Source: an uncultured Planctomycetales bacterium
GTDB lineage: Bacteria > Omnitrophota > Gorgyraeia > Zapsychrales > CAYRXT01
Length of the DNA: 64,000 bases
Direction: 5' to 3'
NCBI GenBank assembly: GCA_964428315.1
Contig: CAYRXT010000010.1
Coordinates: 3,523-67,522, forward strand
The notes below the pieces were generated by a model that saw only the letters and a list, made by a program, of their open reading frames with translations, had not been told where the DNA came from and did not search any database. Each line of letters opens with the position of its first letter. Position 1 is the stretch's first letter. A program made the translations under genes and the position numbers. This document shows positions 48,953 through 57,610 of this stretch, in pieces.

Positions 48953-49783
48953 ATGAGCGAAGTACTCCTTCAAAAAGCCTTACAAGCCGTACAAAAAGGG
49001 CACCGGTATGCCTTTGCCACAGTGGTGGAATCCACCCTGAAAGGCACACCGCGCAAAGCGGGCGCTAAAATGGTGGTTTTGGAGGACGGAACCTCCTATG
49101 GAACGATAGGAGGGGGGCGTAACGAAAAAGACGCCATTGAACAATGCCTCAAGGCCATGGCCTCCGGCCAAACCAATCTTATTACATATGACTATTTCGG
49201 GGAAAAAGGCCAATCCGTATGCGGCGGGCAGATCAAGGTCTTTATCGAACCTGAAATGCGCAAAAAGCACCTGATTATCTGCGGTGCCGGCCATATCGCC
49301 CTGCCTTTGTCTCTTTTGGGGAAAATGCTCGGTTTGAAGATAACGGTCATCGATGACCGCAAAGAACTGGCCAATAAGGAACGGTTTCCCCATGCCGACC
49401 GCATAGTCACAGGAGCTCACGCCCGGCAATTAAGCTGTCAGAAGACCGATTCCGATACCTTTATCATGGTGGTGACCCAGGGCAACGAGTATGATTACGA
49501 ATGCCTGGAAACGGCTCTCAAGACCAAGGCCTCCTATATCGGTGTCATCTCAAGCAAGGCAAAAAAGGTCAAATTCCTGGGCCGGCTCAAGAAAAAAAAG
49601 ATATCCCCAAAATCCCTGGCAAGGATCAGTATGCCGGCCGGGATCGATATAGGAGCCCAGACACCGGAAGAAATTGCCCTGTCCATTGCCTCAGAAATCG
49701 TACAGTCTCAGAACCGCGCCTGGATGGGTACGGACAAGTTTAAAGACAAATCCAAGGAAAGTGCGCGCACTGACAGCGCATGA
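48953..49783 (+). CDS. xdhC: XdhC/CoxI family molybdoenzyme maturation factor
   Basis: TPRKAGAKM, GTIGGG, CGG, GAGHIA, GIDIGAQTPEEIALSI. Confidence 0.92.
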   Translation: MSEVLLQKALQAVQKGHRYAFATVVESTLKGTPRKAGAKMVVLEDGTSYGTIGGGRNEKDAIEQCLKAMASGQTNLITYDYFGEKGQSVCGGQIKVFIEPEMRKKHLIICGAGHIALPLSLLGKMLGLKITVIDDRKELANKERFPHADRIVTGAHARQLSCQKTDSDTFIMVVTQGNEYDYECLETALKTKASYIGVISSKAKKVKFLGRLKKKKISPKSLARISMPAGIDIGAQTPEEIALSIASEIVQSQNRAWMGTDKFKDKSKESARTDSA

Positions 49784-49801
49784 GGAAAGGAGACCTCCGC
49801 A

Positions 49802-50212
49802 ATGACTAAAGAAGAAGTCTTTGATTTGATCGCAGATGCAGGGTTCGGTTTTCTGGCCACCCTAGAAAACGAACAGCCCAGGGTCAGGCCGATGATGCCA
49901 TATTTGACCGAAGAAGGCGACATGCTCCTGGCGGTGCTTTCCACATCCCGCACGATCGAGCAGGTTAAGGAAAACCCCAGGGTTGAAATTTGCTACGTGG
50001 ACAGAAAAATGGCTTTTTGCCGGGTCAGCGGCACAGCCAAAATTAGTGACAGTTTAGACAAAAAAGCGGTTGTTTTCGAAAACGTCCCTATGCTGCGCCA
50101 GTATTTCGGCAGTCCGGAAGACCCGAATTTTGTCCTGATAGAAATTGATACGGGAAGTGTCGAGGCGATGGCGCCTCATCAGAAAAAGCCGGATGTCCTG
50201 AGCCTTAAATAG
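49802..50212 (+). CDS. Pyridoxamine 5'-phosphate oxidase-like FMN-binding protein
   Basis: FLAT...QPRVRPM, QVKENPRVEIC, DPNF. Confidence 0.85.
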   Translation: MTKEEVFDLIADAGFGFLATLENEQPRVRPMMPYLTEEGDMLLAVLSTSRTIEQVKENPRVEICYVDRKMAFCRVSGTAKISDSLDKKAVVFENVPMLRQYFGSPEDPNFVLIEIDTGSVEAMAPHQKKPDVLSLK

Positions 50213-50239
50213 CTCCGCGTTTATCTAATCCCTACATTT

Positions 50240-50277
50240 ATGACCCCCTTGCAACATCGAAAGGGGGTCATTTCTTT
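50240..50277 (+). terminator. Intrinsic terminator
   Basis: ATGACCCCCTT/AAGGGGGTCAT 11-bp stem followed by TTCTTT. Confidence 0.85.
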
Positions 50278-50588
50278 CCCATTATTCTATAAGTGCATAC
50301 CTGAATATTATATGCGAAGTCAACTTTGAATTCCCTCATAGACATCACCAAAAATGTCCTATTCTGCTTAATATTGAATAAATTTGATAATATATCACAT
50401 TATGGCAGGAAGAATCCTCATGAAGGGAGATGTGTTATTAAACCTGCACGAAACTGACACTGTTTTATACTTTCCGGTAAGTCTTTTATAAAATCAGTAA
50501 ATGAACATCCGGTTTTCAACAGGCCATGTGTGTTTCTCTATAAATATTATATTATCAATATGTTACATCAATATTGATAAATTCCTTA

Positions 50589-50616
50589 TGTTAACATAAC
50601 ATATATTATAGGAAGT
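50589..50616 (-). other. XerC/XerD dif recombination site
   Basis: Minus strand ACTTCCTATAA-TATATG-TTATGTTAACA (11-6-11); close to B. subtilis and E. coli dif arms; AT-rich gap where gene orientation flips. Confidence 0.85.
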
Positions 50617-50769
50617 TGCCGCACAGCAAAATTCCACTTCTTCATTGTAATAACACCGCGGTTTTGTGCTAGTTTTTTAACAAGATTTAAACGTCCATAT
50701 CCGGATCATGATCGATTCGGCGGGAATTTTTTAGAAATTAATGATTACTGCGGACTGCCTTCAATCGCA

Positions 50770-51084
50770 TCATGTCTTACCATCTTCGCTATGCCCAAAA
50801 CCTTCTGCGATCCGGATTATCTTGCCATTGACCAAGGCATCGGCCGTCTTGCGTCGCGCCTTTTTTAAAATACGTCCAAATGTCGGCCTGGAAACCGCCA
50901 TTTTACCTGCCGCCCGAACCTGATCCAAGCCCTGCCAATCAGACAAATACAGGGCCTCAACCTCATCAATATCCAACTCGACCTCCTCAGGCCTGCCCGG
51001 CCTCCCCCTTGGACTAAATTGGACAGTCTTGGGAAACTGGCTGATGTTGCGCGCCTTTTTCGGCCTTCCAATGGGCTTTTTCAA
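50770..51084 (-). CDS. DUF134 family DNA-binding protein
   Basis: GRPK.R, DEVEAL.L.D..GL.Q..AA.KM.VSRPTFGRIL..AR.K.ADALVNGK. Confidence 0.88.
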   Translation of the reverse strand: MKKPIGRPKKARNISQFPKTVQFSPRGRPGRPEEVELDIDEVEALYLSDWQGLDQVRAAGKMAVSRPTFGRILKKARRKTADALVNGKIIRIAEGFGHSEDGKT

Positions 51085-51182
51085 CGCAAGCCCCCCCCTT
51101 GTCTCATCTTATTTATTATAATCATATGTTCATAATAACTATAATGTTAATACGGGCATACGTTCAAAATTATATACTGTTT

Positions 51183-51551
51183 CTACTGATTGTCCTGTCT
51201 GTTATAATCATCCTCAAGACGCGTAATATCATCTTCCCCTAAATAATCTCCGGTCGCGACTTCAATAAAGACAAGCGGCTCAGCTCCCGTGTTACCGATC
51301 CTGTGCACGGCTTCAACAGGCACATCTACCACAGAACCTTTCTCTATGACTTCTTCCCTGCCGCTGACTATGGCTAAACCCTTGCCGGCCACCACTACCC
51401 ATTTTTCCGATCGCTTACCATGTTTTTGGAGACTTAACCGCTTTCCCGGACTAACCTCAACCCTCTTAACCCACACCCCGGACTCCTGGTAAAACTTCGT
51501 GTAATTGCCCCAGGGGCGCTCGATATATTTTTCTAAAAGCTCTCCTTCCAT
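51183..51551 (-). CDS. Type II mannose-6-phosphate isomerase C-terminal cupin
   Basis: ERPWG, LSLQKH..RSEKW, VHR, YLGEDDI.RLEDDY. Confidence 0.9.
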   Translation of the reverse strand: MEGELLEKYIERPWGNYTKFYQESGVWVKRVEVSPGKRLSLQKHGKRSEKWVVVAGKGLAIVSGREEVIEKGSVVDVPVEAVHRIGNTGAEPLVFIEVATGDYLGEDDITRLEDDYNRQDNQ

Positions 51552-51575
51552 TAGATGTCCTTTCTCTGTGTGATT

Positions 51576-52271
51576 TTACAGACAACCTATTAAACGGCCC
51601 CGGACCTGCCGCAACAACCTGTTCGTAAAGAGGGCCTGGCGCGCTGTTTTCCGTGACCTTATGAGCTGCGCCAAATCATCCAGCGTATCGATATCTCTAA
51701 GGGTTTTCAGCAGTACGGCCCGTTTTTTCATTTGTTTTACCCGTTTCAGGGTTTGATCCAAAACGCGATTTGAACCCCAATGAATATCATGAAAAAGCCC
51801 GGGGCCGGGCTCTTTTAAGGCCAGAAGATAATACCCGCCGTCCGTGCAAGGCCCCAAGACGATATCCGCATTCTTCAAATTTCGAAAGGCTGTTTCGATC
51901 TCCCGAGGCCTTAAATATGGCAGATCTGAACCGATAAATACAGTGCGGGTAAAACCACCCTTTGCGCAGCGTTTGGCCGCCCTCCACATACGTTCACCAA
52001 GGTTCCGGCCGCTCTGCCTCACAAGGACAAAATCCTTGGCAAATCCGGCCAAAAACCGCGGAGAACGGGTTTCCGTATAATAGATAAAACGCCCTGAACA
52101 CCTGACCTTTTTTGCGGCAGCAAGCACGTCTTTGAGAAAGGCCGTATATAATTTGAGGACCAAGTCCGCATCCAGAGCGCCTTCCAGCCGGGTTTTGACC
52201 CTTGATTTGACCGGCTCCTTAGCCATCACAACCAGGGCACTCGCGCCTTCTTTTGTCTTTGATGAGCCCAT
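51576..52271 (-). CDS. DUF2064 / TIGR04282-like GT-A-fold protein (CofC-like)
   Basis: AKEP...VKTRL, Q.G.NLGERM, IGSDLP, LGPCTDGGYYL, DIDT.DDL. Confidence 0.85.
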   Translation of the reverse strand: MGSSKTKEGASALVVMAKEPVKSRVKTRLEGALDADLVLKLYTAFLKDVLAAAKKVRCSGRFIYYTETRSPRFLAGFAKDFVLVRQSGRNLGERMWRAAKRCAKGGFTRTVFIGSDLPYLRPREIETAFRNLKNADIVLGPCTDGGYYLLALKEPGPGLFHDIHWGSNRVLDQTLKRVKQMKKRAVLLKTLRDIDTLDDLAQLIRSRKTARQALFTNRLLRQVRGRLIGCL

Positions 52272-52285
52272 TCTCTGACAGACGG

Positions 52286-52702
52286 CTATAGATTGGCCTC
52301 TATTTCATCCATAATCGCCCGGGAGCGCTCATGGTCCCCCAGAACGCCCACCCGTATCTGTACCTCAGTGGAATGTTCGGTCAGCTCTTTCGTGTCTATC
52401 CAGATATTGGTGCCATCGGAAAATTTCGATTCGACCTTTCCGGTGAGGGCGTCTGACCGGTCCACGATAATCGGCAGGTTCATATCTTTGAGGCCCCGGA
52501 CCGCGGCGGGATGGACCTCCTCAAAGGGATAATTCACGACCTTAACCAGTTTTCCCTTGACCCAGGTCACGCCTCCCGCGCCGGCAGCGACACCGAAAAG
52601 AACGGCGCATCCCGATAAGCTCACAATTCCGAAAACCGCCGCAAGACACGCCACAATTATACGGCTCCTCAACATCGCTCGACTCTCCTGATAGGACTTC
52701 AT
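52286..52702 (-). CDS. DUF3568-like lipoprotein
   Basis: LSGC lipobox, AAGAGG, IRVGVLGD. Confidence 0.75.
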   Translation of the reverse strand: MKSYQESRAMLRSRIIVACLAAVFGIVSLSGCAVLFGVAAGAGGVTWVKGKLVKVVNYPFEEVHPAAVRGLKDMNLPIIVDRSDALTGKVESKFSDGTNIWIDTKELTEHSTEVQIRVGVLGDHERSRAIMDEIEANL

Positions 52703-53994
52703 TCGCCTCCTCCTTTTGTTTGAACATGCGTTTTCAAAGCCTTGGCCATTGCGTCAAGCTCCTTAACGGTGTGGACCGCGGAAACAAAAAAGGTTTCCAG
52801 CTCAGCCGGCGGCCAATAGATCCCACTATTTAATAAAAATTGGAACAAACGGCCGTATTGCGCCCGGTCGGACGATGCCAAAACTTCACGGTAATTGGTC
52901 ACCCCCGCGCGGGAAAAGCGCACGCTCATCATGGAATGGAACGTATCCAGATGGACAGGGATGTCGTTTTTTACAAAAAACGCGTTCATGTCTTCTGCAA
53001 ACCGGGCGCATAGGGCGTTGAGTTTTCGGTACATACCCCCCTTGAGGGTATCCAGCGTGGCCCAGCCGGCCCGCATCACCACCGGATTGCCGGCGAATGT
53101 CCCGGCCTGATAAACGCCCCCGGAAGGGGCCAGATACCGCATAATCCCCCCCTCTCCCCCGTAGGCGCCGATGGGGAAACCGCCGCCGATAATCTTCCCG
53201 AAACATGTCAAATCCGGTTCGACACCGAATTCCGACTGAACACATCCAGCCGAAGCGCGGAATCCCGTCATGACTTCGTCAAAAATCAGGACAATCCTGT
53301 ATTTTTTTGTGATCTTCCGTAAGACCTTAAGGAATTCCATGTCCGGCACAACCACCCCCATATTTCCCGCGACCGGTTCGATAATGACGCAGGACACATC
53401 GCGACGGTTTTTCTCCAGCGTTTCAACAAGGGCGGGCGTGTCGTTATACGGAAGGGTGATCGTCTCACGGATATGGTTTTTTGTGATCCCCAGACTGGAC
53501 GAGGCCTTCAGCGAAGAAACACCGGAACCTGCCTTGACCAGTAGGTCATCGAAGTGGCCGTGGTAGCACCCGTCAAATTTGACGATCTTGTTCCTGCGCG
53601 TATATCCGCGGGCGAGCCGGATCGCGCTCATGGCCGCCTCGGTGCCCGAATTGACGAACCTGACCTTCGAAACAGACGGGACATTCTTCACAATGAAACG
53701 GGCAAGCTCTGTCTCCGCGGCCGTGGTCGTCCCGAAGCTCGTCCCCTCTTTCAACTGGGCTTTGATCTCAGCCATGATCCGGGGATGCGCGTGCCCCAAT
53801 ATCAGGGCTCCCCAGGAAAGACAATAATCGGTAAAAGCGTGTCCATCGGCATCAAAGAGCTTGGCGCGGCGCCCCCTCTTCATCACGAGAGGCTCCCCCC
53901 CCACGGCCTTAAACGACCTGACCGGGCTGTTGACGCCTTCCACCAGGAAACGGCGCGCCTCGGCATACAGACGGCGCGATCTGGTCAAATCCAT
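52699..53994 (-). CDS. hemL: Glutamate-1-semialdehyde 2,1-aminomutase
   Basis: GVNSPVR, NSGTEA, YHGH, FDEVMTGFR, GKIIGGGFP; start at MDLTRS. Confidence 0.96.
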   Translation of the reverse strand: MDLTRSRRLYAEARRFLVEGVNSPVRSFKAVGGEPLVMKRGRRAKLFDADGHAFTDYCLSWGALILGHAHPRIMAEIKAQLKEGTSFGTTTAAETELARFIVKNVPSVSKVRFVNSGTEAAMSAIRLARGYTRRNKIVKFDGCYHGHFDDLLVKAGSGVSSLKASSSLGITKNHIRETITLPYNDTPALVETLEKNRRDVSCVIIEPVAGNMGVVVPDMEFLKVLRKITKKYRIVLIFDEVMTGFRASAGCVQSEFGVEPDLTCFGKIIGGGFPIGAYGGEGGIMRYLAPSGGVYQAGTFAGNPVVMRAGWATLDTLKGGMYRKLNALCARFAEDMNAFFVKNDIPVHLDTFHSMMSVRFSRAGVTNYREVLASSDRAQYGRLFQFLLNSGIYWPPAELETFFVSAVHTVKELDAMAKALKTHVQTKGGGE

Positions 53995-54941
53995 TTCAGG
54001 ACATCCTCGGCAAAATAGGTGATGATGATATCCGCGCCGGCCCGCTTGACAGCGGTCAGAGATTCCAGCACGACATCTTTCTCCTTGATCCACCCCCGTG
54101 CGGACGCGGCCTTGATCATGGCGTACTCACCGCTCACATTATAAGCGGCTATCGGCACAGCAAGATTCTGCCGCAACAATTGAATGACATCCAGATAAGC
54201 CAGAGCCGGCTTGACCATGACAATATCGGCCCCTTCTTGGATATCCTGCAACGCTTCTTTCAGGGCTTCGCGGCTGTTGGCGGGGTCCATCTGGTAGGAT
54301 TTGCGGTCGCCGAAACCGGGCGCGGAACCAGCCGCCTCACGGAAGGGACCGTAAAATGCCGAAGCGTATTTGACGGCATAAGACAGGATACCTGTCTGCG
54401 TGAAGCCGCCCCTGTCCAGCTCCTCCCGGATCCGCCGGACCCTGAAATCCATCATATCCGAAGGGGCGACAAAATCCGCTCCCGCACGGGCATGGGACAG
54501 GGCCACCCGGGCCAGGATCTCAACACTCTTGTCATTATCCACATATCCGTCAACGACCACGCCGCAATGCCCATGCTTCAGATAGCCGCAAAGGCAGACA
54601 TCCGTCACGATGACAAATTCCGGAAAATTGTTCTTGATGGCCTTTACCGCTTTTTGGACTATGCCTTTCTGATCATAGGCCGCCGATCCCTTGAAATCTT
54701 TTTTAGGGGGGATCCCGAACAGAAGGCCGGCCTGTCCGCCGGATTTGTGAAAACGCCCGACGGCATCCAATAACCGGTCGACGGAATGGCGTTTCACCCC
54801 CGGCATGGAGGCAATGGGCAAACTTTTCTTCCTGCCCTCCATCACAAAAAAGGGCATGAGGATATCCTGCCTGTTTAAAACGGTTTCCCTGACAAGGGCG
54901 CGGACCGCCTTATTCTTCCGCAGTCGACGGAATCTATTCAC
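53985..54941 (-). CDS. hemB: Porphobilinogen synthase (Zn-type)
   Basis: DVCLCGYLKHGHCG, APSDMMD, SAFYGPFREA, YQMD, MVKPA. Confidence 0.97.
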   Translation of the reverse strand: MNRFRRLRKNKAVRALVRETVLNRQDILMPFFVMEGRKKSLPIASMPGVKRHSVDRLLDAVGRFHKSGGQAGLLFGIPPKKDFKGSAAYDQKGIVQKAVKAIKNNFPEFVIVTDVCLCGYLKHGHCGVVVDGYVDNDKSVEILARVALSHARAGADFVAPSDMMDFRVRRIREELDRGGFTQTGILSYAVKYASAFYGPFREAAGSAPGFGDRKSYQMDPANSREALKEALQDIQEGADIVMVKPALAYLDVIQLLRQNLAVPIAAYNVSGEYAMIKAASARGWIKEKDVVLESLTAVKRAGADIIITYFAEDVLKWI

Positions 54942-56997
54942 TGTTCAACACCTCGCTCTCGTACCCGGCCTCCCGCAGGGCCTGCCGCGTCAAAGGCCCC
55001 TTGCACAGGATGGTCCATTGTCCGGGAATCGGCCCGTAATCCTGCAGAAAATTGCGGACCGTAGACGGTGATGTAAAGAGGATTTTGTCAACATCGGAAA
55101 AATCCGTTTCCCTCTTCGAAGGCTTGACGTTTTCGTAAACGGCGAATTCATGCACAACAGCACCTTTTTCTTCAAGTTGAGTCTTCAGAAACGGATTGGG
55201 CAGCGATGAACGTGGATAAAGGATCCTCTTGCCCCGGGGCTCCATATGCGCGGCCAGGCTTTCCAGCAACCCAGGGCTTGTCTCACGTTCGGCGACCAGT
55301 CGCGGATCAACATCATGCGCCCTTAATTCGTCCGCCGTGTCACGGCCAATGACGGCCCAGATTTTCTGCCATGCAGTCTTCCATCCGGCGCAAATATTAT
55401 CCATAATAGCAAAAAAATGCATGACCGCAAAGCGGCTTGTTAAGAGCACGGCATCGGCCTTTTCAAAAGCCTTAAGCATGTCCGCCTTTTCCCTTTCCGG
55501 AATATACCTCGGCCGGATGGCGATAACCGGCAGATGAACCGGTTCTCCCCATTGCCGGTACTTTTCCGGATTGGTGCCCACATAAAGCAATCGTCCTTTG
55601 CTTCTCTGACCCGGCCTCCAAAAGCTGACCGTTTCCCCGACGATAATCAGGGCCGGGGCCTGAAGGTCGGCCTTATCCACTTTCTTCCGGATATCCCTGA
55701 GGGTGCCCGCCACAATACGCACCTGGGCCGTCGAGGCCTTCGAGGCAACGAGGACAGGTGTTTCCGGAGGCCAATGCGCTTTTCTCAAGGCATCGCAGAT
55801 CTGTGGCACTTTCGTTAATCCCATGAGAAAAACAATGGTCCGGGTGTCAGGGACAGAAAGCGACCGGGAATGGCCTCCGCCCTCCTCCGTGCTGTGGGCG
55901 CTCACAAAGGCCACGGACGAAGAAATACCACGGGCGGTCAACGGGATTCCCAGCAGGGACGGCACACCGGTCGCCGAACTCACCCCTGGAACGACGTTCA
56001 CCGGGATATGATATGACCGAAGATAGCCGAGTTCGTCCCCTCCCCTCCCGAATATCAACGGGTCCCCGCCTTTGAGCCTTGCCACACACTTGCCTTCCTG
56101 CGCGACGCGGCGTATCATGGTATTCAGCCGTGACTGCGAAATGGAATGTCGGCCTTTACGTTTTCCAACATAAATCTTCTGGGCCCGGGGCGCAAATTCA
56201 AGCAATCCCCTCGGGATTAGATAGTCATAAAAAACCGCGTCGGCCGATTCCAGCATACGGACGGCCTTTAAAGTCGCCAGTTCGGGATCACCCGGCCCGG
56301 CCCCTATCAAATAGACCTTTCCGTAAGCATCCCGGACATTGATGGGCTGAAAGAGTTCCCGCATCCTGCGGTCATTGACTCGTCCCACGACGGCAAGCTG
56401 CCCCTGCAAAGGCGTCGTTTCATAAGTCAGGGTCTCAGCGATGCGGCTCTCCAGGCCCAGTCTCTTTACGGCGCATGTCGCGACGATAATCCCGTCCACT
56501 TCGCCCCGGTCGACCATCGCGATTCTTTCCTCGATATTCCCCCGGATATCGACCAACCGAAGATCAGGACGCAAAGACAGGATCTCCCGGCGTCTAAGCT
56601 GACTGCTCGTCCCGATCCTCGAGGCCGGGGGAAGTTCGCCAAGCGGGCACCCCGCCACCAGGGCGTCGGTCTCATCCAGAGACCGCGTTAAGGCCAAAAG
56701 CGAAAGCCCCTCACGCAGTCTGTTCGGGACATCCTTCGCGCTGTGCACGGCCGCGTCGACTTCTCCGGCCAAAAGGGCCTGGTCAAGGCGGTCCGTAAAA
56801 AAATCGTCAGCCGGGCTTTCTGTAAGGGGCGTTTTCCGGTCCATGTCCCCCCCGGTCACGTAAACGCGGTTGTCAAAGACAACCTCCCTTCCCTGAACGT
56901 TAAGCAAACGCTGTATCTCCTCGACCTGGTGAAGGGCCAGCCGGCTGGAACGTGAACCTGACCGGACGGTTTGGGTCTTCTCACTGTTTTCTCTCAT
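54934..56997 (-). CDS. HemC (truncated) - uroporphyrinogen-III C-methyltransferase - HemD fusion
   Basis: GSRSSRLA, VHSAKDVP, IGTSS.LR, RGN; then GAGPGD, RLKGGDPLIFGRGGDE; then HemD-like LTS..AV, FTSPSTV. Confidence 0.88.
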   Translation of the reverse strand: MRENSEKTQTVRSGSRSSRLALHQVEEIQRLLNVQGREVVFDNRVYVTGGDMDRKTPLTESPADDFFTDRLDQALLAGEVDAAVHSAKDVPNRLREGLSLLALTRSLDETDALVAGCPLGELPPASRIGTSSQLRRREILSLRPDLRLVDIRGNIEERIAMVDRGEVDGIIVATCAVKRLGLESRIAETLTYETTPLQGQLAVVGRVNDRRMRELFQPINVRDAYGKVYLIGAGPGDPELATLKAVRMLESADAVFYDYLIPRGLLEFAPRAQKIYVGKRKGRHSISQSRLNTMIRRVAQEGKCVARLKGGDPLIFGRGGDELGYLRSYHIPVNVVPGVSSATGVPSLLGIPLTARGISSSVAFVSAHSTEEGGGHSRSLSVPDTRTIVFLMGLTKVPQICDALRKAHWPPETPVLVASKASTAQVRIVAGTLRDIRKKVDKADLQAPALIIVGETVSFWRPGQRSKGRLLYVGTNPEKYRQWGEPVHLPVIAIRPRYIPEREKADMLKAFEKADAVLLTSRFAVMHFFAIMDNICAGWKTAWQKIWAVIGRDTADELRAHDVDPRLVAERETSPGLLESLAAHMEPRGKRILYPRSSLPNPFLKTQLEEKGAVVHEFAVYENVKPSKRETDFSDVDKILFTSPSTVRNFLQDYGPIPGQWTILCKGPLTRQALREAGYESEVLNSE

Positions 56998-57478
56998 GCG
57001 CAGTCTTCTTTGTCGTTAAAACCACACGCGACGAGAATGTTTTCCTTAACTCATCGCGGAGGGCCTGGGCCGATCCCGCCGTTTTGTCCCTGGTGGAGAC
57101 GGCAACGTCGAATCCCTTGGCCTTCCATACGGCCGGAGAATGAAAGTCCGATTCCTCCGGATGACCGGCGCAATTCACCAGGCATTTCTTCTTTCCTCCG
57201 GTCAACGTGATCTTCTTGTTTTGCTTCGGATCATCTGTGCAGGCGTACACCAGGACAAAACCGTCCAGGTCTTTCTTTTCAAATCTTCTTCGATAAAGCC
57301 TCAGGCGTTTGCGTTTCGACCATTCTTCGATGCGCGGATGCACCCGGGGCGCGACGACAGTTACGGCGGCCTTGAACCTCAAAAGCGTCTTGATCTTGCC
57401 AGCAGCCGCCCGGCCTGCGCCGATAACGAGCACGGGATATTTATTGATATTGATTGTAATAGGCAAATATCGATCCAT
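56981..57478 (-). CDS. Precorrin-2 dehydrogenase (SirC / CysG N-terminal type)
   Basis: YLPI, VIGAG..A..K, ACTDD...N, VN, DF.SPA, VAVST. Confidence 0.85.
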   Translation of the reverse strand: MDRYLPITININKYPVLVIGAGRAAAGKIKTLLRFKAAVTVVAPRVHPRIEEWSKRKRLRLYRRRFEKKDLDGFVLVYACTDDPKQNKKITLTGGKKKCLVNCAGHPEESDFHSPAVWKAKGFDVAVSTRDKTAGSAQALRDELRKTFSSRVVLTTKKTAHERKQ

Positions 57479-57610
57479 GTCGCGTACTCGGTTTTACCCA
57501 TTATAACAAGGTGTGGCGTTCCCGAGAGTAAATTTTAGCAATGAGACATGGGCAGCGCTCCGGTTCAGGGGACTTACGGCAGTGGCAATGCCCACATGAT
57601 TTTGAGAAGG

